This document shows, in pieces, positions 1 through 7,010 of a stretch of 13,751 nucleotides of DNA. The stretch spans positions 1 to 13,751 of the forward strand of contig JBGAML010000032.1 of assembly GCA_044223005.1 (NCBI GenBank). Reading direction: 5' to 3'. Source of the DNA: Candidatus Eiseniibacteriota bacterium. Its GTDB lineage: Bacteria; Eisenbacteria; RBG-16-71-46. Every line of letters begins with the position of its first letter. Position 1 is the first letter of the stretch. A program made the position numbers and the translations under genes. Below the pieces are notes generated by a model. The model had not been told where the DNA came from and did no database searches. It saw nothing but the letters and a program-made list of their open reading frames with translations.

Positions 1-1056
1 TTCGTCGTCGGCGCCGACCGCGGGCGTACCCGGATCGAGCGGCGCAAGCGCCCGCGGGTCCGCGGCGTCGAGCACCGCGGCGCCGCGCGCGGCGAGCGGC
101 TCCAGCACGTCGGCGAGCGCGCGCCGCGCGGCGCGGCCGCCCGGCACGATCTCGAACGCCGCGAGCGAACCGTCCGCGGGCGTGGCCGCGAGCGCCCGCA
201 GTTCGTCGTCGGTCGCGAACGGTCCGACGCGCACGCGCTCGGGCGCGGCCGCGCCGCGCCGCACGCGCGCGAGGTCGAAGGTGATCGTGCGCTCGAACCC
301 GTGCCCGTCCCCTTCCAGCCGCCGCCAGTCGGCGTCGCGGTCGAACGCGGCGAGCATCGCGCGGGTCACGTCGTCCGACGGCATCACCGCCGCGAGAGCA
401 CCCAGCCGCACGGGAGCGAGCGAGGCGAGCGCGATGCGCTCGGGACCGCGCAGCGCGTGGAGCGGCTCACCGAAGAACTCGAGCACGGCGCCGCGCGCGG
501 ACTGCTCGAGCGCGCGGACCAGCGACTCCGCGATCTCGGCGCCGCCCGCGCCCGCGGGCAGCTCGCCCACGAGCCGCACGCCGATCGAGACGGGCCGCGC
601 GAGCCACAGCGGTTCGCCCGCCAGCACGGCTGCGGTCTCCGTGGCGCTGGCCGAGAGCGCGAGCATCGCGAACGCGCCCGCACCGCCCGCGCCGGGCGCC
701 GAACAGAGCAGCGTGCGCCCCGGGCGCGCGAACGCCCGCCGGTGCACGGCCGCGACCGGACCGGTGCCCGGGCGCACGAACGTCGCGCCGATCGCGGCGG
801 CGCATTCCTGCAGGTAGCGCTGGTCGTCGAGCGCGTCGGGGCCGCTCGCTTCGCGCGCCGGCACCACCGCCGCGATCTCGGCGCCGTGCCGCGCGCGGCC
901 GAGCGACTCGAACGCGAGCAGCGCGACGAGGCCGTCCTCCTCCTCGAGCAGCACCTGGTCCATGCGCAGGCGGACGGGCCGGCCCGCCTCGGGCCAGCCC
1001 GCTCCGTGCGATTCGAACAGTTGCGCCGTCAGGTGCGCGGCCACGCGTTCGCTCAC
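1..1056 (-). CDS. Aconitase-family (aconitate hydratase/LeuC-like large domain) homologue with degenerate active site; 3' end beyond the window
   Basis: Manual translation from GTG at 1056 (GTGA overlap with the upstream stop) is open for 352 codons to base 1: VSERVAAHLTAQLFESHGAGWPEAGRPVRLRMDQVLLEEEDGLVALLAFESLG...DDQRYLQECAAAIGATFVRPGTGPVAAVHRRAFARPGRTLLCS...GVRLVGELP...LEFFGEPLHALRGPERIAL...MPSDDVTRAML...ITFDL...RVRVGPFAT...IVPGGR...LAARGAAVLDAA. These blocks are colinear with the single-chain bacterial aconitase pattern as I recall it (RIDQTLTQDATG..LQFEAMG, DDHRYLQ, FSRPGNGICHQVH..F..PGKTLLGSDSHT, GV.L.G.LP, EYFGPG...L...ER, FPSDE.TR, I.IDL, IGSCTN, PGSR, GA.IL). Confidence 0.8.
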   Translation of the reverse strand, partial: MSERVAAHLTAQLFESHGAGWPEAGRPVRLRMDQVLLEEEDGLVALLAFESLGRARHGAEIAAVVPAREASGPDALDDQRYLQECAAAIGATFVRPGTGPVAAVHRRAFARPGRTLLCSAPGAGGAGAFAMLALSASATETAAVLAGEPLWLARPVSIGVRLVGELPAGAGGAEIAESLVRALEQSARGAVLEFFGEPLHALRGPERIALASLAPVRLGALAAVMPSDDVTRAMLAAFDRDADWRRLEGDGHGFERTITFDLARVRRGAAAPERVRVGPFATDDELRALAATPADGSLAAFEIVPGGRAARRALADVLEPLAARGAAVLDAADPRALAPLDPGTPAVGADDE

Positions 1057-1340
1057 TCCTTGCCGCCGCCGGAACCCGACGACGATCCACCGCCCGAACC
1101 GCCACCGGAACCGCCGCCCGAGCCGCCGGACTTCTCGGCCTTCGCGCGCTCCTTGTAGGACTTGCTCCGGTAGTCGGTGATGTAGAAGCCCGAGCCCTTG
1201 AACAGGAACCCACTCCCACCCGCGGGAACACGCTTCGCCGGCGTGCCGCATTCGGGGCACGTCTTGGGCGACTCGTCCGTGATGCTGTGGAAGAGCTCGA
1301 AGCGGTGCTCGTTCTCGCAGAGATAGTCGTAGGTCGGCAT
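1053..1340 (-). CDS. FmdB-family zinc-ribbon putative regulatory protein with Gly/Ser tail (95 aa)
   Basis: MPTYDYLCENEHRFELFHSITDESPKTCPECG...FKGSGFYITDY matches the FmdB-type pattern MP.Y.Y.C...H.FE...CP.CG...FKGSGFY.TDY. ATG at 1340 is preceded by GGAGG. It is the true 3' part of the supplied 1053..2378 ORF. Confidence 0.9.
   Translation of the reverse strand: MPTYDYLCENEHRFELFHSITDESPKTCPECGTPAKRVPAGGSGFLFKGSGFYITDYRSKSYKERAKAEKSGGSGGGSGGGSGGGSSSGSGGGKE
1063..1130 (-). repeat. Imperfect 12-nt coding tandem repeat (SGG/SGGG units)
   Basis: Repeated gccgccgga/acc-type units encode SGGSGGGSGGGSGGGSSSGSGGG at the C-terminus of the zinc-ribbon protein. Confidence 0.7.
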
Positions 1341-1360
1341 GTGTCTTCCTCCGGTGTCGC

Positions 1361-2359
1361 CTAGTCCACGCCCGCCGCCATCGCGCAGGCGACGGTCGCC
1401 GTGTCCACCACGTCTTCGGTGCTGCAGCCGCGCGAGAGATCGTTCGCCTGCTTCGCGAGCCCCTGCAGCATCGGGCCGATCGCGGCGGCGCCGCCCAGGC
1501 GCTGCGCCAGCTTGTAGCCGATGTTGCCCGCGTCGAGATCCGGGAACACCAGCACGTTCGCGTGTCCCGCCACCACCGAATCCGGCGCCTTGCGCTGGCC
1601 CACCGACGGCACGATCGCCGCGTCGAGCTGCAGTTCGCCGTCGATGTGCAGGTCGGGCCGGCGCTCCTTCGCGATCCTGACCGCCGCCTTCACCTTGTCC
1701 ACGTGCGGGTGCGTCGCGCTGCCGCGGGTCGAGAACGACAACATGGCGACGTGCGGTACCTCCTGCACGAGCCGGCGGTGGTTCTCGGCCGACAGGATCG
1801 CGATCTCCGCGAGCTGCTCCGGCGTCGGGTCCGGCAGCACGGCGCAGTCGGCGAACGTCAGCACGCGCTCCTTCCCCGCCTCGGCGGGCATCACCATGAG
1901 GAAGAACGACGACACGCTCTTCACGTCCTTGCGCAGCCCGATCAGCCACAGCGCCGCGCGCAGCACGTCGGCCGTCGTGCGCGAGGCCCCGGCCACGTAG
2001 CAGTCGGCGAGCCCGTCGCGCACGCGCGCGGCGGCCTGGAACACCGGGTCGGCCGCGTACTTCGCCGCGTCGGGCGCCGTGACGCGCTCGCCGCGCGCGG
2101 CCACGATCGCGGCGCGCGTGCGCTCGATCGCGTCCGCGGCCGCGGAATCCAGCAGCTCGACGCCGTTCAGGTTCACGTCGGCCTTGCGCGCGGTCGCGCG
2201 CGCTTCCTCGATCGGGCCCACCAGCGCCACGTCCGCCAGCCGGTCCCGCGCCACCTTCGCCGCCGCGCGCACGATGCGCTCGTCGTTCGCCTCGGCGAAC
2301 ACCAGGCGCTGCCGCCGCGTGGCGGCGATGCGCCGGATCCGTTCCATCGTCGAACTCAT
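1361..2359 (-). CDS. pta: Phosphate acetyltransferase (short, catalytic-domain-only type, 332 aa)
   Basis: Motifs [107 protein letters not shown] overlap with coaD. Confidence 0.93.
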   Translation of the reverse strand: MSSTMERIRRIAATRRQRLVFAEANDERIVRAAAKVARDRLADVALVGPIEEARATARKADVNLNGVELLDSAAADAIERTRAAIVAARGERVTAPDAAKYAADPVFQAAARVRDGLADCYVAGASRTTADVLRAALWLIGLRKDVKSVSSFFLMVMPAEAGKERVLTFADCAVLPDPTPEQLAEIAILSAENHRRLVQEVPHVAMLSFSTRGSATHPHVDKVKAAVRIAKERRPDLHIDGELQLDAAIVPSVGQRKAPDSVVAGHANVLVFPDLDAGNIGYKLAQRLGGAAAIGPMLQGLAKQANDLSRGCSTEDVVDTATVACAMAAGVD

Positions 2360-2880
2360 GACCTTCTCCTGGCGGCACGCGGAACGCGCCGCCCGTATTT
2401 CGTGAGCAGGGCCTTCTCCACGGGAACGGGCACCAGCCCGTGCACGCGGCCGCCGTGCTTCGCGACTTCCTTCACCAGGGTCGAGTTCAGGTAGACGTAC
2501 TCCTGGCTCGGCATGAGAAACGCGATCTCGAGCCCGGGCGACAGGCGGCGGTTCATCAGCGCCATCTGGAACTCGAACTCGAAATCACTCACCGCGCGCA
2601 ATCCGCGGATGATCGCCTGCGCGCCGACCCGCTGCGCGCAGTCCACCACGAGACCGCCGAAGTGCATCGCGGTCACGTTGCTGCAGCTCTTCGCCGACGC
2701 GAGGATCAACTCGACGCGTTCCTCGGGCGTGAAGAGCGACGTCTTGGCCGGGTTGTGCGCCACCGCCACCACCACGCGATCGAACAGCGCCGCGGCGCGG
2801 CGTGCGAGGTCGAGGTGGCCGTTCGTGAACGGATCGAAGCTGCCCGGGAACAGGGCGATGCGCTCGTGGCGGGGCTTCAT
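2356..2880 (-). CDS. coaD: Pantetheine-phosphate adenylyltransferase
   Basis: [53 protein letters not shown] overlap with rsmD. Confidence 0.97.
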   Translation of the reverse strand: MKPRHERIALFPGSFDPFTNGHLDLARRAAALFDRVVVAVAHNPAKTSLFTPEERVELILASAKSCSNVTAMHFGGLVVDCAQRVGAQAIIRGLRAVSDFEFEFQMALMNRRLSPGLEIAFLMPSQEYVYLNSTLVKEVAKHGGRVHGLVPVPVEKALLTKYGRRVPRAARRRS

Positions 2881-3455
2881 GTGCGGTCGGCCTCCGGCGG
2901 AGCCTGCGGCCCCACCTCGTAGGAATCCACCGTCGTCTCGCCGTAGCGCCGCTCGCGTGTCCGCGCGAGGGCCCCGGCCGTGTCCGGGAGCTCGTCCTTC
3001 TGATGCCGTTCCACCACCACGATCGCGCCTGCCGCCAGCACGCCCGGCGCCCCGAGCGCCGCGAGCACCGCGCGCGCGTCCTGCCCGCCGTACGGCGGAT
3101 CGGCCAGCACGAGATCCGCCCGCGCGAGCGCGTCCGCGAGCCGCGACAATCCGCGAGGGAGCGTGAGCGGCCAGACCCGCGCCCGCTCCGTCGCGCCGAC
3201 CGCCGCGAGGTTGCGCTCGAGCACCTCGCGCGCGTGCCGGTCCGAATCCACGAAATCGACGAACGCCGCCCCGCGCGAGAGCGCTTCGATGCCGAGCGCA
3301 CCGCTGCCGGCGAACAGGTCCACCACGCGCGAGCCCGCGAGCGAGCCGAGCGACATGAAGAGGGCCTCCCGCACACGGTCGGACGTCGGACGCGTCCGCA
3401 GGCCCCGCGGCGCTTCCAGGCGACGGCCACCGAACTCGCCCGCGATGACACGCAT
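2877..3455 (-). CDS. rsmD: 16S rRNA m2G966 methyltransferase RsmD
   Basis: Start corrected to ATG 3455: MRVIAGEFGGRRL...TRPTSDRVREALF, DLFAGSGALGIEALSRGA, DLVLADPPY, RRYGET. Adjacent to coaD, a common arrangement. Confidence 0.95.
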   Translation of the reverse strand: MRVIAGEFGGRRLEAPRGLRTRPTSDRVREALFMSLGSLAGSRVVDLFAGSGALGIEALSRGAAFVDFVDSDRHAREVLERNLAAVGATERARVWPLTLPRGLSRLADALARADLVLADPPYGGQDARAVLAALGAPGVLAAGAIVVVERHQKDELPDTAGALARTRERRYGETTVDSYEVGPQAPPEADRT

Positions 3456-3467
3456 GATCGGCCGCGG

Positions 3468-3496
3468 AGCATCCCCCGTCGGCGCGGGGGTGTCAA
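3468..3496 (-). promoter_or_regulatory. Putative sigma70-type promoter for the rsmD-coaD-pta-zinc ribbon-aconitase homologue unit
   Basis: Minus strand reads TTGACA (3496-3491), a 17-nt spacer, GATGCT (3473-3468), then 12 nt to the ATG. The -35 is perfect, the spacing canonical and the -10 weak. Confidence 0.6.
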
Positions 3497-3503
3497 GCGG
3501 CGA

Positions 3504-3552
3504 CGAGGGGCTTTCCCCCTCGCGGGCAATCACTTGCGCGCCTCGCCGCAAG
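3504..3552 (-). terminator. Two hairpins after the lolA-like stop; possible terminator or processing site
   Basis: CGAGGGG(3504-3510)/CCCCTCG(3516-3522) and CTTGCG(3533-3538)/CGCAAG(3547-3552). There is no U-tract. Confidence 0.35.
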
Positions 3553-3577
3553 GCGGGCGTGAACCGCTCCGGGCGCC

Positions 3578-4189
3578 CTAGGGGGCGTCGACGACCTCGA
3601 CGCCGCGGGGCGCCGTGAGCCGGAACGCGGTGGCGCCGCGGGCGCGGCCGAAGCGCCAGCCCGAGAGCCGGTACACGGACGCCTCGGGATCGCCAGCGGG
3701 CACGACCAGCCGCGAGGGCAGCCCGCGCGGATCGAGCCAGACCTCGGCGCTGTCCACCGGGGCGCCGCGTTCGCCGAGCAGCGTGACGACCCAGCGGCCC
3801 TCGCCCACCTTGCGCTCGCGCGCAGAGCCCTCGGCGCCGAGGAGCACGCGCCACCAGCGCAGGGCGCCGGCGGACTGTCGCGCGGCGAAACGGATCAGCT
3901 GCCGCGTCGAGGGCTGCAGCCACTCGCCGCCGTCGGAGCGCGCGACGAGCTTCTCGCCGGTCGCAGTGACGTCGATCCGCGCGCGGTCGGGAGGCTCCAG
4001 CGCAAGCGTCGCATGTACGGCGCGCGTGGCGCCGGTCGCGGTGGGCACCGCGTAGCGCAGCGACGCTTCCGCGCGGCCGCCGGTGCCGATCGCGCGCGCG
4101 AGCGCCGTCGCGGCCCGCAGCGGTGCGGCGTGCGGCGCGGGCGCCGCGAGCGCCAGCGCCAGCAGCGTGGACCCGAACATCCGCTTCAT
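3578..4189 (-). CDS. Secreted LolA-like (outer-membrane lipoprotein carrier fold) protein, 203 aa
   Basis: Start corrected to ATG 4189 (ATGA overlap). Signal peptide MKRMFGSTLLALALAAPAPHA; L.LEPPDRARI (compare LolA ..RP..FRW); EKLVARSDG.EW..P...Q; C-terminal AFRLTAPRGVEVVD resembles the LolA F.F..P.GV.V.D ending. Confidence 0.65.
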   Translation of the reverse strand: MKRMFGSTLLALALAAPAPHAAPLRAATALARAIGTGGRAEASLRYAVPTATGATRAVHATLALEPPDRARIDVTATGEKLVARSDGGEWLQPSTRQLIRFAARQSAGALRWWRVLLGAEGSARERKVGEGRWVVTLLGERGAPVDSAEVWLDPRGLPSRLVVPAGDPEASVYRLSGWRFGRARGATAFRLTAPRGVEVVDAP

Positions 4190-4980
4190 CGCACTCCCCC
4201 CCGTTCGAGCAGCGACTTGAGATCGTCCCAGCCGAGCCAGCGCACGTCGCCACGGCGCCGCGGCGTGAACCACGCGCTGTCGGGCTGCTCCGCCGCCGTC
4301 ACCTCGTCGATCCGTACGCGCACGCGCGCCCAGCCGGTGTCGTCGGCGAGTTCGCAGCGCGCCGGGAACGCCTCGCCGCGTACGCGGCTCCAGTCCTCGT
4401 AGCGCGCCCGTACGCCGCGGCCTTCGCGGCCGAGCCACGCTTCGCGCGGCCGCGCGTCGGCGTCGACCACCAGCGCGAGCGAATCCGCACCTTCCCGCCA
4501 CGCGAGCCGCCAGCCCGCGCTGTCCGACGCGGCCGCGCGCCACGCCGCCGCCGGCGGGTCCCACGTCGCGCCCAGCACGCGGCCGGCCAGCGCCGCGGGG
4601 TCGCCCACGCCCAGCGATTCGCTCGCGGCCCGGAACGCCACGCGCTCGGACGGCACCCACGCCCACAGCGAATCGCGGCGCACGAGCAGGTCGAGCGCCA
4701 CGCCGATCAGGCCGCTCGCCTGCAGCCGCACGCGCCCGGGCGCGGCGAGCGCGAGCGTGGTCGGCAGCGCGGGCAGGCGCCCGGTGGCGCGGCCATCGAC
4801 GCGCACGACGAGGTCGGCGGTCAGCGCGTGGAGGAGCGCCTCGCGCCGGTCGCGCGCGGCGGCATAGCGGCCGCGCAGGCCATCGAGCGCGCCCCCGGGA
4901 CGCGGCGGCGGCGTGCACGCGGCGAGCGTGAGCGCGGCGAGGGCCGCCGCGACCACGAGCGCGCGCCGCCGGAACGTCAC
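4186..4980 (-). CDS. Lipoprotein, possible DUF4292/LolB-like fold, 264 aa
   Basis: Start corrected to GTG 4980 (GTGA overlap with aroK). Basic N-terminus, hydrophobic stretch and lipobox LAAC; LAAPGRVRLQASGLIGVALDLLVRRDSLWAWVPSE and VRGEAFPAR resemble LolA/LolB-superfamily beta strands. The family call is tentative. Confidence 0.6.
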   Translation of the reverse strand: MTFRRRALVVAAALAALTLAACTPPPRPGGALDGLRGRYAAARDRREALLHALTADLVVRVDGRATGRLPALPTTLALAAPGRVRLQASGLIGVALDLLVRRDSLWAWVPSERVAFRAASESLGVGDPAALAGRVLGATWDPPAAAWRAAASDSAGWRLAWREGADSLALVVDADARPREAWLGREGRGVRARYEDWSRVRGEAFPARCELADDTGWARVRVRIDEVTAAEQPDSAWFTPRRRGDVRWLGWDDLKSLLERGGVR

Positions 4981-5519
4981 GCCGCGGCGCTCCTCGGCTC
5001 GAGGATGCGGGCGACGACCTCGTCCGGGGAGAGGCCGTCGGTGCGCACGCGCACGTGCGCGACCTGTTCGTAGAGCGGCGTGCGGCTCTCGAGCAGCGCT
5101 TCGAGGCGCGACTCGGCGTTGCCGCCCGCGAGCAGGGGCCGCACGCGGCCGGGGTCCACGCCCCCGCGCGAGACGCGGCGCGCGGCTTCGGCCGGCGAGA
5201 CCTCGAGCCACACGACACGGCAGCGCTCGCGCAGCACGCGGCGGCGCTCCGGGTCCACGACGATGCCGCCACCGCACGCGAGCACACGCACGCCGGCCGC
5301 GATCACCTGGGCGAGCAGTTCGCCCTCGCGACGGCGGAAGTGCGCTTCGCCGGCCCGCTCGAAGAGTTCCGTCACGCTGCAGCCCTCGAGCGCCTCGATC
5401 ATCGCGTCGAGATCGGCGACCGAAGTGCCGAGGCGTTCGCCCAGCGCGCGCGCGACGGCGCTCTTGCCCGCGCCCATGAGACCGATCAGTGCGATCGGGC
5501 GTTCCGATTCCCGTTCCAT
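4977..5519 (-). CDS. aroK: Shikimate kinase
   Basis: IALIGLMGAGKS (Walker A), DLD..IE...G.SV.ELF...GEAHFR.RE, ACGGGIV, RPLL, R.PLY.QVA. GGAGG upstream. The position after pilQ is a well-known synteny. Confidence 0.95.
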   Translation of the reverse strand: MERESERPIALIGLMGAGKSAVARALGERLGTSVADLDAMIEALEGCSVTELFERAGEAHFRRREGELLAQVIAAGVRVLACGGGIVVDPERRRVLRERCRVVWLEVSPAEAARRVSRGGVDPGRVRPLLAGGNAESRLEALLESRTPLYEQVAHVRVRTDGLSPDEVVARILEPRSAAA

Positions 5520-5529
5520 TCCGGCCTCC

Positions 5530-5538
5530 AGACTAGCA
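5530..5538 (-). promoter_or_regulatory. Possible extended -10 element upstream of aroK
   Basis: Minus strand TG-c-TAGTCT (TGnTAnnnT), 10 nt before the ATG. There is no good -35. Confidence 0.35.
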
Positions 5539-5565
5539 TGCCTGCGCCCGGCCCCCGAACGACGA

Positions 5566-5594
5566 CCGCCGGACCCCCGAAGAGGGCCCGGCGG
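5566..5594 (-). terminator. Stem-loop after pilQ (intrinsic terminator or attenuator-like)
   Basis: Minus strand CCGCCGGGCCCTC-TTCG-GGGGTCCGGCGG forms a 12-bp stem with one G-U pair and one bulge, capped by a cUUCGg tetraloop. It is followed by only a weak U-tract (TCGTCGTT). Confidence 0.65.
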
Positions 5595-5621
5595 CGGCGA
5601 CGGCGGGAAGGACGCGGAAGG

Positions 5622-7010
5622 TCAGTTGCTGGCGAGCGAGTTCACGAGCCGCGGGGTCACGAAGATGACCAGTTCGCGGTTCTGCTTCGTCACGGTGTTC
5701 GAGCTGAAGAGCATGCCCAGCAGCGGGATGTCCTTCAGGCCCGGAACGCCGCGGTTCTGCGTGTTCGTGTTCGTGCGCAGCAGGCCACCGATCACCGCCG
5801 TCTGGCCATCGTCGACCATGACGCGCGTGTCGGCTTCCGTCGTGTTGATGATGATGCCGCCCTGGACCGTCGAGCCCGACGCGAGGTCGGAGACTTCGGG
5901 GTGCAGGTCCATGACGATCTTCTTGTCCTGCGTCAGGTGCGGCGTCACGCGCAGCTGGATGCCGATCGTCTGCAGCTGCGACACCGGGTTGCCGGCGACG
6001 TCCTGCACGATGAGCGGAATCTTCTGGCCGACCACGATCTTGGCTTCGCGGTTGTCGACCGTCGTGATGCGCGGGTTGGAGATGATGTTCGCCTTGTGCT
6101 GCTCGGCGAGCGACTGGATCTGGCCTTCGATCGACGCCCAGCTCTTGAAGATGCCGAACGTGAACGTACCGGCCGGGTCCGAGATCGGGCTGTTGACGTT
6201 CGGGAAGCCGTTCAGCTGCCCGTCGTTCGTGTGGAACGGCGAGCCCGGGCCACCGTTCGGGCCGGGCAGCACCTTGTTGCCCGCACCGTCGTCGACGCCC
6301 GAGATGAACTTCGTCTTCGCCGGGTTCGTGTACCACTCGATGCCGAGCGCGTTGGTCGCGCCGGCGTCGACGTCGACGAGCTTCGCCGTGATCTCGATCT
6401 GCGGCGTCGTCGAGTCGAGGTCGAGCGCCATCTTCACGATCTGGTCGAGGTTCGACGCGAGGTCGGTGACGATGAGCGAGTTGGTGCGCTTCTCGACCTG
6501 GATCGTGCCGCGCTTCGACAGCGCGGGCGCCAGCGGCGCCTGCATTTCGGCGGCGTTGGCGTAGTTCAGCTTCACGATGCGCGTCTCGAGCGGCACCAGT
6601 TCCTGCGTGCGGGCGTTCGCCGTCTCGCGCTCGACCTTCTCGGCGTTGAGCTTCGACGCCTCGTCGACGCGGATCACCGAACCGTCCTCGACGTAGTCCA
6701 GCCCGTTCGCGCGCAGCACCGCCTTGAGGGCGTCCTGCCACGCGACGTTGCGCAGGCTGATCTTGACCGTCGCCTTGACGTTCTGGCCGAGCACGATGTT
6801 GCGGCCGCTGAACTCCGAGATGGCGCGGAGCACGGTGCGCAGGTCCGCACCCTCCACGTCGATGCTGAAGCTGCCGCTCCCCGTGCGCACGAGGCCGACC
6901 TGCGAGCTCGCCGGGGCCTGGCCGGTCTGCGCGACGGCCGGCGCCGAGGTGGCGGCCAGCACCACGCTGGCCGTCAAGAGGAGGCCGAAGAGGCCCTTGC
7001 TAGCGAACAT
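5622..7010 (-). CDS. pilQ: Type IV pilus secretin PilQ (short, no AMIN domains; 462 aa)
   Basis: Signal peptide; N0 domain (SIDVEGADLRTVLRAISEFSGRNIV...L.NV.WQDAL..VL); N domain (LNYANA...RG.I.VEKRTNSLIVTD); secretin domain (QIEITAKLVDV, SNPRITT.DN.EA.I..GQKIP, L.VTPH, V.DGQT.VIGGL, VPGLKDIPLLG.LF, ELVIFVTPR). Confidence 0.95.
   Translation of the reverse strand: MFASKGLFGLLLTASVVLAATSAPAVAQTGQAPASSQVGLVRTGSGSFSIDVEGADLRTVLRAISEFSGRNIVLGQNVKATVKISLRNVAWQDALKAVLRANGLDYVEDGSVIRVDEASKLNAEKVERETANARTQELVPLETRIVKLNYANAAEMQAPLAPALSKRGTIQVEKRTNSLIVTDLASNLDQIVKMALDLDSTTPQIEITAKLVDVDAGATNALGIEWYTNPAKTKFISGVDDGAGNKVLPGPNGGPGSPFHTNDGQLNGFPNVNSPISDPAGTFTFGIFKSWASIEGQIQSLAEQHKANIISNPRITTVDNREAKIVVGQKIPLIVQDVAGNPVSQLQTIGIQLRVTPHLTQDKKIVMDLHPEVSDLASGSTVQGGIIINTTEADTRVMVDDGQTAVIGGLLRTNTNTQNRGVPGLKDIPLLGMLFSSNTVTKQNRELVIFVTPRLVNSLASN

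Noticed and set aside
467..1231. Minus-strand ORFs 467..1231 and 384..683
   Set aside because: They are alternative frames over the aconitase homologue and the zinc-ribbon gene, with low-complexity Arg-rich translations.
1053..5287. Apparent long fusion proteins (1053..2378, 2877..4253, 3578..5287, 4186..5277)
   Set aside because: The N-terminal extensions are off-frame read-through of neighbouring genes. The real starts are at 1340, 3455, 4189 and 4980, supported by an RBS, stop/start overlaps or family N-termini.
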